From assembly GCA_001643675.2 (NCBI GenBank), contig LSRY02000090.1, positions 1 to 33,060 on the forward strand: 33,060 nt of DNA, given 5' to 3'. Made by a program: the position numbers and the translations under genes. The notes under the pieces were generated by a model that did not search any database, had not been told where the DNA came from, and saw only the letters and a program-made list of their open reading frames with translations. The DNA comes from Monocercomonoides exilis PA203. Taxonomy: Eukaryota; Protista; Preaxostyla. Shown here one piece after another: positions 22,450 to 33,060 of this stretch. Positions within the stretch are counted from its first letter, which is position 1. Each line of letters begins with the position of its first letter.

Positions 22450-25400
22450 CTTTTGATGAGAAGTGATGATACCATTTGGCTGATTTTCTGCATCATCTTC
22501 GTTTTCCTCATGTGTCGTTTCAGGAGAACTGTGAGTTTGTGCTATTTTGGCTTCAATTTCGCTTTTTTTTCATTTTCATTTCCTTTCTCAGATTTCTTTT
22601 TTGAAGAAATAGAATGGGAGAGCAGGATTGATGAAAATGGAGAAGAGGACAATGAAGATGAAGATGGATATGAAAAAGCAGTGGAAGAAGATGACATCAA
22701 AGAAGAAGGTGATCGAGACGAGTTCCGCTTCTAACTTGCTTCCGGCTTCCTCTTTTGTTTTTTGAATTCAGCTGCATTTTGCGTGAGAGTTGAGAATGGA
22801 TATATTATAGAGATCGGTTTGAGGGTGTTGCTGCTGTGTTTTTTATTTTTATTTTTATTTTTTTTTTTTATTTTTATTTTTTTTTGATTGTGTGTGAGTG
22901 GTTGGCGGCAATGAAGAAATTGTTTGAAAACAGATGCATTTTAAGAGAATGATAAGGAAGATGAACCAGAAGATGAAGAAAAAATAAATGATGATGATGT
23001 AGCTGTAATAGCTTTTGAATGAAGAGATATGGCCGATACTGATGATCTGGGTTTTGAATGAGATGACTTTGAGGAATGAGTTTGTAAAAAATGCAAAGAA
23101 GAGGAGGATGAAGAAGCAAAAGTGTTTGGAGTTGACAGAGAAGGATGTGGAACTTCAACTTCACTTCTCTAAGCAGAAGAATCCGAAGAAGGAGGAGAAG
23201 AAGAAGCTTCTTTCATGCTTTTTTTGCTGTGTTTGACGATTATCTTGTGAAATACAAAGAAAACTTACAAATAGTGAGTTTTTCTTATAAGGATCAGAAG
23301 AAGAAAAATAATAAGTTTTGAAATCGAACATCTTAAAACGCATTCGCATTTTCACTTCGCCTTGGCTCCGAATGTTTTTGTTTTTTTTTGGAACATAATT
23401 TTCATTTTGCTTTTCTTTTTATTCTTCTTTTGATGTTCTTTTGAAGGAGACATGTTTTCTGAAATATTATCATCTCCTTTTTCTATAGACAGAAATGTGA
23501 TTTTATTCTGAATGACATCTGCAAAGCTTCCATATTGAACAGCTTGCCAGAAAAAATTATTGATCTTTTCGAATCGACAGCGCCTTCATTATCCAAACAA
23601 CTGGAGGCGATTCGAAATGCTCCTTCATCAACACCTTCCTCTTGTTCACTTCGCTTTTGAAGTTCGATTCGCTTTTCTGAATTTTCTTCTTCTTCAAATA
23701 CGAGACAAACGCATTTCTCTTCTTCTCAGCCTTCTCCAGCGCTTTCCTCTGCTCGTCTTCGAGCTTTTCCCGCTCTTTCTCTGAGTTCTCATTCTCTTCC
23801 TCCAGCTGCTCCTTTGTCTCCTTCTCTGCCTCTTCCTTCTGTATCTTCTCTATCTTCCACTGTGTCGCTTTCTCTTTCTCAATTCTATCGATGCGGCTTG
23901 GAATAGCCGACTATATAGGTTCAGGAAAGCACAATGACGAAGAAGAAACGGGATGCTAAATTTGATTGGTGAAAGTTGGGGTATTGGTGGAAAAAGGAGA
24001 TATAGATAACTTTGAAAAAGGAGGTGAAAGTGATGGTGTTGAAGGAGGTAAAGCATTATCAATATGATTGTAATCAGATGGAATTTGTGAGGATAGAGAA
24101 GAAGAAGATAAGATGATTATAAAGAAGAGGAGAAAGGAGAAGAAGAGAATGATGCTGATGTAGTTGGCTGAGGAGTTGATTGAAGAGTATGATTTGGTCC
24201 ATTTAACGTTGTGTTAATAGCATTTTGCTGGTTAAAAGGCAAGTTTTTCATTCTTTCTGCTTCTCTTTCTCTTTCTTCTCTCAGCTTCCTTTCTTTTATT
24301 CACCTCAATCTTTCATCAAATTTCTGTCTCACCTTCATTCATTGCTCCTTTCACCACATCCACATCTTTCATTTCCTCCTCAAACAACTTGTCATCTGCA
24401 CGCGCAATATCACCAGCTGACATCAGAGTCAGTATCCTTTCATGTGTCAGCAACGAATACAGCGAAAGAAAATCTGTATTCTTTTTCTCCTCTTTCCTCC
24501 TCTTCATCCCTACCAATGAAGCATGAATGCCGCTTCGTGGATCCTTTGCGTATTTGTTGGAACTTTGTGGAGGGATCAATAAAGAAATCTGAGGGATAGA
24601 CAAAGCAGAGGATGATGATTGAGAAACAGATGGGGTCAAAGCTTTGTTAGCAGTTGTATTCTTTGACATAAAGAAATCATCATCTTCTTCTTGAAGCAGA
24701 ACCATGTTATCTTTGCTGCATTTCTTCCTTCAACCTGCCATGTTTTTTTGTCTTTTCCTTTGGATCACTGAAAAACGTTTTGAAGCGCTGTGAATAAGAA
24801 GAAAATGATGATGAAATCACTGAATATGTGTCACGAGCATGCCTATCTTTCAACGAAGCTGATTTCGACACTTCAGACTCACTTCCGTTCAAAACACTCT
24901 GCTCGCTTTTCCTTCTCTCTTCTTCCTTTTTGTCTTCGACAATAAATTGCCCCTTTCCTCTTATATTTTTCCTCATTGCATTCTCCCCTGCTGCTTCTGC
25001 TTCCTGCTTTTTGACAATTGAACATTAAAACTCTTTCTCTGAAACGACTTTTCTAGACAATTGTTATTCTTCGAAGTATAAAACTCTAAATGATGTTCTG
25101 CTTCCATCAAATGACTCCAAATGGATCATTCTATCAACTTTTCTATTTGAAGTTCCATCTTTCTCTATCTTTTAATATTTCTCATGTTCAATTCTTTTTC
25201 CTCTTTCTCTTCCTCTTTCATTCATTTGTTCATTCTCGTTCATATTCTTCATTTTCTTCCTGTTGACCTCTTTTTCTTTTCTTCCCAGCATCTGCCTGAA
25301 GAACTCCACCTCAAACAAAAGGGCATCCGCATAACAGAAGAACGATGGATGGAAAAGCGGTGTTAACGAAGGAGAAGAACACATCAGAGTGAATTGGTGA

Positions 25401-26830
25401 GTGTGTGGGTGTGTTATAAAAAGAAGGCGCGCGTTTTGATGAGTGAGGGAGTTGAGAAAGAGGCAGCAGAGACAAGGGTGGAGTCGTGAGATGGAAAGCA
25501 GAGAGGAAGAGGAGAGAGGATTAGGAATTGTTTGTGTGATTGAACTGAGCCATGGCTCGCTGCTGTCAAAGGAAGTTTTCACAGAGGAAGCTGAAGAAGA
25601 TGTAAATAAAGATGTTGCTGTTGGGTTTGGAAAAATAGAAGCAGAACTTGATGATGATGAAAAGAAAGAAGATTCATTTAAAGTCATTTCAAATGTTGTT
25701 GTTTGAGCATTTGCTGCTTGATAAATCTGTTTGTTTTTGTGGAAATACGGATGAATAGCGATTGTGGGGACGATCATTCCTCCTCTCTCTTTCCTCTCCC
25801 GCTCTTCTTCTGCCCTTTCTTCTTCAAAGTCATCCAAGTCCAAAATGTCGTATCGAGTGCCTGAAACATCATAGCTCAGTTCGTTGAGCCTTCCTTCTCC
25901 CCCAAAAGACGATGCAGAAATCGGAGAATGGCGCACCAGCGAAGAACGAGGCGATGAGTTTTCAGTCAATTCCTTGTCCTCCTTTGCATGTTTTGTCTTT
26001 GATATTTTGTCTTTGTTCTCTGTCAGCTTTTTTCAGCCTCTCTCTTTCTGAGATCAGATCCTCCAGCGACTCAAAGCAGATGACCATTTCTCTGCCCCAC
26101 TTCACTCCACCCACATAATTGAATGAAACATCAATGTACGGAGTGAATAAGGCATTTTGCGAAGAAATCTGTGATTGTTCTGTTTCAGAAGAAAAAAAGG
26201 AAGAAGAAGAGGAAGAAGAATTGGAAGGATAAGAAGAAATTGAAGATGAAACAGAAGAAGGAGAACAAGAAGATGAAAATGCAGAGGAAAAGAGATAAAC
26301 CTGAGGTATATCATGAGGAGCAAAAGAGTTGGAGTGATGAAGATGGAGATGATGACTTCATTTTCGATGAGAAAGATGAAAAAGATGAGAAGAATTGGAA
26401 GAAGGAAGGAAGAAATCAGTTGTGGTGTTGTTGGGGTATTTGTATGAGGAAGAAGGATGGGAATAAATGGAAAAAGAAGAAGTAGAAGCAGAAGAAGAAG
26501 ATCATAACGAAGATGAAATTCCTGAAATTCCTTGATATTCTCCATGCTTCTTCTGTTTGTTTGCATCATCATTCATTCTGTTTGAAGATAAATTGAAATT
26601 CTGCTTGTCTGGAGAAGGAAGAAGATGTGTTTCTTCTCTTTGAAAAGAGCGATGGGGAAAGGAAAAGATATTGGATTTGAGACGATCAGATGAAGAGGAG
26701 GAAGAAGATGATGAGGAAGATGATAAAGAAGAAGAAGAAGAAGAAGAAGAAGAAGAATTTAATTAAGCAGAAGGAGAAAGAGAAGAAAAGGAAGAAGAAG
26801 AAGATAATGAAATATGAAGGGAATCTTGAT
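22450..26830 (-). pseudogene. Fragmented large low-complexity (S/E/K-rich) hypothetical gene
   Basis: Successive minus-strand ORFs 25172-25969, 24707-24976 and 24316-24705 have natural-looking sequence but are separated by stops or frameshifts. The cause (decay, introns or assembly error) is unresolved; limits are approximate. Confidence 0.4.
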
Positions 26831-27037
26831 TTGTATTATTTATTGAAGTGACAGAAGAAGAAGAATTTAATGGAGAAGGAGAAGAAGAGGGAGAAAGAGA
26901 AAGAGAAGAGGAGGAGGAGGAAGAAGAAATAAAAGAGAAGGAAGAGAAGGAAGAAGAGAAGAAGAAAGAAAAAAGAATAATTCCATTTGAAATTCAAAAT
27001 TTTAATATAACATTTTGGAAGATGTTTATTTCATTGG

Positions 27038-29782
27038 ATGAGAGAGAAAGAGAAAGAGAAGGAGAAGGAGAAGGAGAAGAAGAAGAAGAAGGAGAAGGAG
27101 AAGGAGAAGGAGAAAGAGAAGGAGAAAGAGAAAGAGAAAGAGAAAGGAAGGGAAGGAAAGGAAGAAGAAAAGGAAGAAAGAGAAGAGAAAATTAAAGAAG
27201 AAGAAATAAAAGAAGAAGAAGAAGAAGAATATCAAAGAGGATTTATATTGGAAGATGTGGCAAAGGACAATGAATTATCAAATGAAGAAAGAAGAAAGAA
27301 AGAAGGAGAAAGAGAAGAAGAAGGAAACAAAAAAGGAGAAAGAAAAGAAGAAGAAGAAATAAACAATGAGAAAGAGGAAAATGTTTTGTTTTGTATAAAA
27401 ACTGGATTTAAACTAGATGAAGATGAAGAAAGTGAAGAAGCTAACGAGAAAGAAGAGAAAGAAGAGAAAGAGAAAGAAGAGAAAGAGAAAGAAGAGAAAG
27501 AAGAAGAAGAAGAGAAAGAGAAAGAAATAAAAGAAGAACTAAAAGAGAATAATAATAATAACATCAGTTATGATAAAGAAATGATTGACTGTTATTCAAC
27601 ACCAATGGAATTGATGGAGAGCATAGAAAAGATAGCTGAAGAGAGGAGGAGGAGGAGAAGAAGGAGAGAGAGAAATATTGAAGATAAACCAATTGAAAAG
27701 AAAGAAGAAGAGGAAGAAGAAGAAATGAAGATAGAGAAGAAGGAAGAGAAGAAGGAAGAGGAGAAAGATGAAATAAAGAAAGAAATGAAGAAAGAAAGTG
27801 AAAAAGAAGAAGATAAAAATGAAAAGAAGAAGAAGGAAAAGAAGGGTAACAACGTCATCAAGAATGAAATAGAATCAACAAAACAAGTTACAAAGAAGAA
27901 AATCAAAGAAGAAGAGAAAGAAGAGAAAGAAGAGAAAGAAGAGAAAAAGGAGAAAGAAGAGGAGATTGAAAAGAAATTGGAGAAATTAGAGAAGTATTTG
28001 AAAGAAGAAGAAGAAAACAAAAAGAAGAAAGCGGAAGAAGAAAGAGAAAGAGAAAGAGAAAGAGAAGAAGAAGAAGAGAAGAAGAAGAAGATAAAAGAGG
28101 AGAAGAAAAAGCAAATGATGGAGAGGAAGAAGAAGATAATGGAGCAGCAGATGAAGAAAGAGGAAGAGAGGAGGAAGAAAAGAAAAGAAGAAGCAGAAAC
28201 AAAAAGAAAAGAAATTGAAGAAATCCAAAGAAGAAATGAAGAAATGTATAGAAAACAAAGAGAAGAGCTAGAAATGAAGCTGAAAGAAGAAGAAGAGAAG
28301 AAAAGGAGAATTATAGAAGAAAGAAAGAAAGCAATAGAAGAAGAGAAGAAGAAGAAAGAATTTAGAGAGAAAGAGAAGAAAGAGAATGAGAAGATGAAGA
28401 GAATGGAAGATATTTGTGTGGAAAGGATGAAGAAGAGGAAGAAAAGAGAAGAAGAAAGAAGAGAAGAAGAAGAAAGAAGAAGAATGTTTGAAGAAGAAGC
28501 AAGAAGTGCATTAGAGATGGAGAGAAGAAGAAGAAAGGAAGAAGAGAAGAAGAAGAGAGAAAGAGAAGAAATGAAGAAAGAAGATGAAATGATGATGATG
28601 TTTAGAGAGAAAGAGAGAGAAAGAGAAGAAGGAGAAGCCAAAGAAAGAAAGATGATGGAGAAGGAAGAAGAAGAAATAAAGAGAAGAATAGAGAAGATGA
28701 TGAAGGAGAAAGAGAAGAAGAAGAGAGAGAAAGAGAAGAAGGAGAGGAAGAAGAGGGAAATGGAAGAAAAAGAGAGGAGAAAGAAAGAAGAAGAAGAAAG
28801 AAGAAGAGAAGAAGAAGAAAGAAAGAAGAAAGAGGAAGAAATGAAAAGAATAGAAGAAGAAGAGAGGAAGAAGAAAGAAGAAGAAGAAAGAAGAAGAAGA
28901 TTAGAGCAGAGAAGAAGGGATAAAGAGAGAGAGAGAGAGAAGAGAAAGCAAATAGAGGCAGAAAGAATGAAGAAGGAGAAAGAGATGGAGAGGAAGAAGA
29001 AAGAAGAAATAAGGAAGAAAGAGGAAGAATTGAAGAGGAAAGTGAAAGAAGAGCTTAGAAAAGTGTATTTGATGGAGAAGAAGCAAAGAGAAGAAGCAGA
29101 AGAAAGAGAAAGAGAAAGAGAAAAGGAAAAGGAGAAGGAGAAGATGAGAAGGAAGAAAATAGAAGAGGAAATGGAAGAAGAAAGAAGAAGAAAGAAGAAG
29201 AAGAAGAAAGAAGAAGAAGAAGAAAGAAAGAGAAAAGAAAGAGAAGAAGAAGAAGAAGAAGAAGAAGAAGAGAAGAAGAGAAGAAGAGAGAAAAAGAAGA
29301 ATGTTGGAGCAAATTATGAAGATGGAGAGAGAAAGAAGAGAACAAGAAAGATTGAAGAGAATAAAAGAAGAAGAAGAAGAGAAGGAGAAAGAGGAAGAGA
29401 AGGAGAAAGAGAGAAAGAGAAAGGAAGAAGAAGAAGAAGAGAAAGAGAGAGAAAGAAGAAGAAAGGAAGAAGAAGAAGAAGAAGAGAAGAAGAGAAAGAA
29501 GAGGAAGAAGAGGAAGAAGAGGAAGAAGAGGAAGAAGAGGAGGAAGAAGAAGATTTAGAGGAAGAAGATGATGACATTGAAAATGATGAATATGAATATG
29601 AAGAAGAAGAAGAAGAAGATTATGAATTGGAAGAAGAAGAGGATGATGAAGAAGAATACGATGAGGAGGAGGAGGGAGGAGGGAGGAGGAGGAGGAGGAG
29701 GAGGAGGAGGAGGAGGAGGAAGAAGAAGAAGAAGAAGAAGAAGAAGAAGAAGAAGAAAAGAAGAAGAAGAAGAAGATGTTGA
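27038..29782 (+). CDS. E/K/R-rich coiled-coil / single-alpha-helix hypothetical protein (914-aa ORF; ends uncertain)
   Basis: Long open frame with charged helical pattern (MMERKKKIMEQQMKKEEERRKKRKEEAETKRKEIEEIQRRNEE); both ends lie in slippage-prone purine repeats. Confidence 0.55.
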   Translation: MREKEKEKEKEKEKKKKKEKEKEKEKEKEKEKEKEKGREGKEEEKEEREEKIKEEEIKEEEEEEYQRGFILEDVAKDNELSNEERRKKEGEREEEGNKKGERKEEEEINNEKEENVLFCIKTGFKLDEDEESEEANEKEEKEEKEKEEKEKEEKEEEEEKEKEIKEELKENNNNNISYDKEMIDCYSTPMELMESIEKIAEERRRRRRRRERNIEDKPIEKKEEEEEEEMKIEKKEEKKEEEKDEIKKEMKKESEKEEDKNEKKKKEKKGNNVIKNEIESTKQVTKKKIKEEEKEEKEEKEEKKEKEEEIEKKLEKLEKYLKEEEENKKKKAEEEREREREREEEEEKKKKIKEEKKKQMMERKKKIMEQQMKKEEERRKKRKEEAETKRKEIEEIQRRNEEMYRKQREELEMKLKEEEEKKRRIIEERKKAIEEEKKKKEFREKEKKENEKMKRMEDICVERMKKRKKREEERREEEERRRMFEEEARSALEMERRRRKEEEKKKREREEMKKEDEMMMMFREKEREREEGEAKERKMMEKEEEEIKRRIEKMMKEKEKKKREKEKKERKKREMEEKERRKKEEEERRREEEERKKKEEEMKRIEEEERKKKEEEERRRRLEQRRRDKEREREKRKQIEAERMKKEKEMERKKKEEIRKKEEELKRKVKEELRKVYLMEKKQREEAEEREREREKEKEKEKMRRKKIEEEMEEERRRKKKKKKEEEEERKRKEREEEEEEEEEEKKRRREKKKNVGANYEDGERKKRTRKIEENKRRRRREGERGREGEREKEKGRRRRRERERKKKKGRRRRRREEEKEEEEEEEEEEEEEEEEEEDLEEEDDDIENDEYEYEEEEEEDYELEEEEDDEEEYDEEEEGGGRRRRRRRRRRRRKKKKKKKKKKKKKRRRRRRC

Positions 29783-29908
29783 TGGAGTTGAAGAAGAAGA
29801 GGAAGAGGAGGAGGAGGAGGAAGAGGAAGTAGTAGTAGTAGTAGAAGAAGAAGAAGAAGAAGAAGAGGAAGAGGAAGAGGAAGAGGAAGAGGAAGAAGAA
29901 GAAGAAGA
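29480..29908. repeat. (GAA)n/(GAG)n/(GTA)n microsatellite cluster
   Basis: Direct reading, e.g. (GGA)n near 29680-29720 followed by (AGA)n. Confidence 0.9.
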
Positions 29909-29909
29909 T

Positions 29910-32116
29910 TGGTGGAAGTGAAAGGAGGTTTTGCAAAGAAAGTGATTGAAGTGCATTTGAACATGTTTCATCTGCTGCTTCTTTCTCCTCATCCGAAGAT
30001 GATGAAGCGAAAGAGCAAGATATTTGGACATAGCAACATTCAGTTGTTTCACAATCAACTGGCAATGATGACGATTAAAAGGAAGATGATATCAAAGATG
30101 ATGCTAATTCTTGATACTCCGTTCTTTCAGCAGTTGCTCCTTCAAATTGTTCAGATTTGGACGAATAAATTTGGTCATCCAATGGTCCTTCTAAAGATTC
30201 TGAGGTTTTCGTGTTTGCATATCCTTCTCAGCGTCTTCTTCATTCTCTTTCACTCTCACTCTCTTCTTCTTCGTTTTCTTTTCTGACTTTTTCAAGTTCT
30301 TTGTTAATTTCTTTTCTTAATTCCTTTTATAACATCCTTTCATCTGGTTTGATTGCAATTCACCTCAATCTCCCTCATTTCCTCGACCTCCTTCATCTTC
30401 CAAATCATCATTTCACCTCTTCATTTTCTCCTCTTTCTATCCCTTTCGATCTGAGCACTCAACAAAACGAATCAGAATTCTTGTGATTATTAAAAAATAA
30501 GGTTCATCTTTCCCTTTTGCCTCTGGCTCAACAGAACTCTTCATCTGATGTCCAGCCCTTCTTCTGTGTGGATGAAGACATGTAGAATAGGAAGAAAGCA
30601 AACCAAGTGGAAAAGCAGAGAAAAGAGAAGAAGAAGAAGAATGGGTAGGTTGCTGTTTATTCTGTGCCTTTGAATGAATACGGAGTTGCAGTTGAGAAAA
30701 GCAGAAGAGGGAAAATGAGTTTCTGGAAGCTGAGTAAAATCGAAGTTGGAAATTTGCACAAAGTTGCCTTTTTTGTCACTTTATGAATTAATCAAACGAA
30801 AATGCCTCCGTTGCAGTCATTTGTTTCCGTCTTTCATTCGCCTCGCTTTATCTTCTTTTAAGCTGTTTTTCTTTCTGTTCTCAAAAAGAAATGAGATATT
30901 TTCCTTTATATTTTCTGCAGTTGCACCTATTTTCAGCTTGCAATCACGGTGCAGGCGGAGGAACGAACGAATAATAAACAGCACTAGCAGATACCAATAA
31001 AATTCGCGGTTGATAATAACTTCTGGTATTTTTATAGGAAATTGTATTGCCGTTTAAAAAAATACAGTTGTTGATGTAATAGATGCTTCTGCTTTTGCTT
31101 CTGCTGTTTCGATCGTGTTGGGAGTGATTTTTCCTGATCGTTCGTTTTGTGTTCTCGTAATCATCGGAATCATCACACATGGAGTTTCTTTCTTCTTCCA
31201 TTTAATCATATTTCATTTCCTTATCTTCTTCATTCATTTCTCCTACTCTTTCTATTTCTCTCCCTTTTCTCAGAGAAAATTCTTGATCCTTCATCTTCAT
31301 CTGCAAATTCAGTTGTTCTTCATTTGATCGATTGAACGGCAAATGGGGAGATCTGAACGTAAACAACACATTGCTTCCAAATTCAGTCGAAATTTTCAAT
31401 ACAAATTGGATAATGCATCAGAGATGATGATATAATGGAATGGGATGTGGAAGAAGAAGACGAAGATTAAGAAGAAGAAGAAGAAGAAGATATTGAAGTT
31501 TCAAATGCCATCTGATATTCAATGTCTGCCTCCTGCTTCAAATGTCCAACAAATTGATTTGCAAATCAAATTGTTATTCCATCAGAACATGACAATAATT
31601 CTCCAAAAATGCTCAATGTGAAGAAAGTGCCAAATCCATTTCTGTGAAAGTGACTTGTCTCTCTTTTAGGTTGTATCGACTTTCTTGTCTTCTGTGTTAC
31701 TTTTTTATTCTTTAGCCATCTTCTCTTTGTTTCATTCATCTGTGTTGAGTAAAAGGTAATTAACATTTTCCAAAAAGAATCTCCAAAAGCAATATCTTTT
31801 CGAGCAATGTTCAAAAAATGAATTTTTATCAGACAAGCTCAGTTTTCGCTCATTCCGTATCCGAAAAATAGAAAGACGAAGACGATGCAGAAGAAGATTG
31901 CCAAATACGGCTGTCAGCAATAAAATATAATGAAGAAGATGAGCAGATATTGTGAATAAATTCTCTCTCTGTTGGAGTGGCTCGTAGGGAAGTTGAGCCA
32001 AATGAGAAGAAGTCAGCAGCATTTCCAGCAGAATATTCAGCAAAACGAGAATCACCAAAATTAACAGTGCTATCAGAAAAACATTTTGTGTGTTGAATGA
32101 AACAATCATTGGCCAT
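29910..32116 (-). pseudogene. Fragmented hypothetical gene
   Basis: Short minus-strand ORFs (31850-32116, 30944-31201, start of 29055-30065) with protein-like composition and intervening stops. Confidence 0.3.
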
Positions 32117-32934
32117 TGAAATGTTTCATTTGTGTAAGGCTCTCTTGTTGTTCAACAAATCCATATCAATAATTTTGTTGAATAATCTGAGGCTGAAAAT
32201 GAATGATGAATTCATAAAATTTTCCGCTTGAACACGCCTTTATGTATATAATCATTTTTGAAAGTTATTGTTCTCCACACAAACAAAAAAATATGGAAAA
32301 AAAGTTCTTTATTTGAAAAATAAAAATATAACGATCAAATCTGGCTTTTGTTTATCAAAAATGAATCCTTTCAAAAGAAAACATAACGGAATTGGAAACA
32401 AGAGCGTCAAACGGGATGTGAAAAATCTAGAAAATATTTTCGGAAAATGTCGGAAGACCACGCCGAACTTGTTCTCACATCATTTTTACAATCTACGGAA
32501 AAAGGAAAAAACTTTTGGAGGCATTGTCCACTTTGAAAACATGTTTGTATTTGTTTAATTATAAAATACAAAAAACAATTATTCTAACAACTTTATTTCA
32601 TTTAAATTTGGATTTTTATTTACTACAGCTTTTCCGACAGAACACTACAACGAAATAGATCCTCACTCAGATTCAGAAAGCACTGAATCATTTGAAGATT
32701 ATCCTTTGACAAAATGTGATAATAAAAATAAATATATTCATAAACAACATTTTCTGCAGTTTCCATTTGTTAAAATTAAATCAACTAAAATTCACAAATA
32801 CAACAAGAAAAACAGCTAAGCCTGAGTTCACAACAAATTAGTTCTATCAATTCACAGACAATATACAATACATCAATATTTCGCATTCCAAACATCAACA
32901 ATCCAATTTTAACATCATCATTTATGAATATTGT

Positions 32935-33059
32935 TCAGTCAGATCCTTCTAATATTCATTCAAATACTTCTCCAGCTCCCTCAATGCAGAATAACATTAC
33001 AAATTCAGTCAGTCAGATCCTTCTAATATTCATTCAAATACTTCTCCAGCTCCTCAATG
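32935..33059 (+). repeat. ~51-bp direct repeat, period 74 bp
   Basis: TCAGTCAGATCCTTCTAATATTCATTCAAATACTTCTCCAGCTCC(C)TCAATG at 32935 and 33009; may continue beyond the window. Confidence 0.85.
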
Positions 33060-33060
33060 A

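Noticed and set aside
27232-30065. Minus-strand poly-S/F/L ORFs
   Set aside because: Antisense shadows of GAA-rich sequence.
32268-32820. Possible plus-strand gene starting near 32361
   Set aside because: Short frames with uncertain splicing and no recognisable domain; insufficient support.

Overview
This window is the left end of a eukaryotic chromosome, probably from an oxymonad such as Monocercomonoides. That assignment rests on my recognition of the 20.3-20.6 kb gene family, the short GT-AG introns and the E/K/S-rich genes; it is not verified. From the end inward: (1) 3.3 kb of (CCCTAA)n telomere; (2) a GC-rich ~348-bp satellite (21 full units plus a partial one) ending in a perfect 17-7-17 inverted repeat; (3) a decayed minus-strand coding relic; (4) an intact intron-containing tyrosine recombinase gene (YR1, ~1059 aa) with a C-terminal Myb domain; (5) a short internal telomeric tract that cuts off a second, convergent YR paralogue (YR2); (6) a second internal telomeric tract that cuts off another decayed gene; (7) low-complexity, partly fragmented host genes. 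The main hypothesis (inference) is that the 13.4-kb block 3312-16712, which has telomeric repeats on both sides, is a telomere-associated element. It would encode its own YR-Myb recombinase and carry recombinase-like sites, and the nested telomeric scars would record repeated truncation, healing and re-capping of this end.
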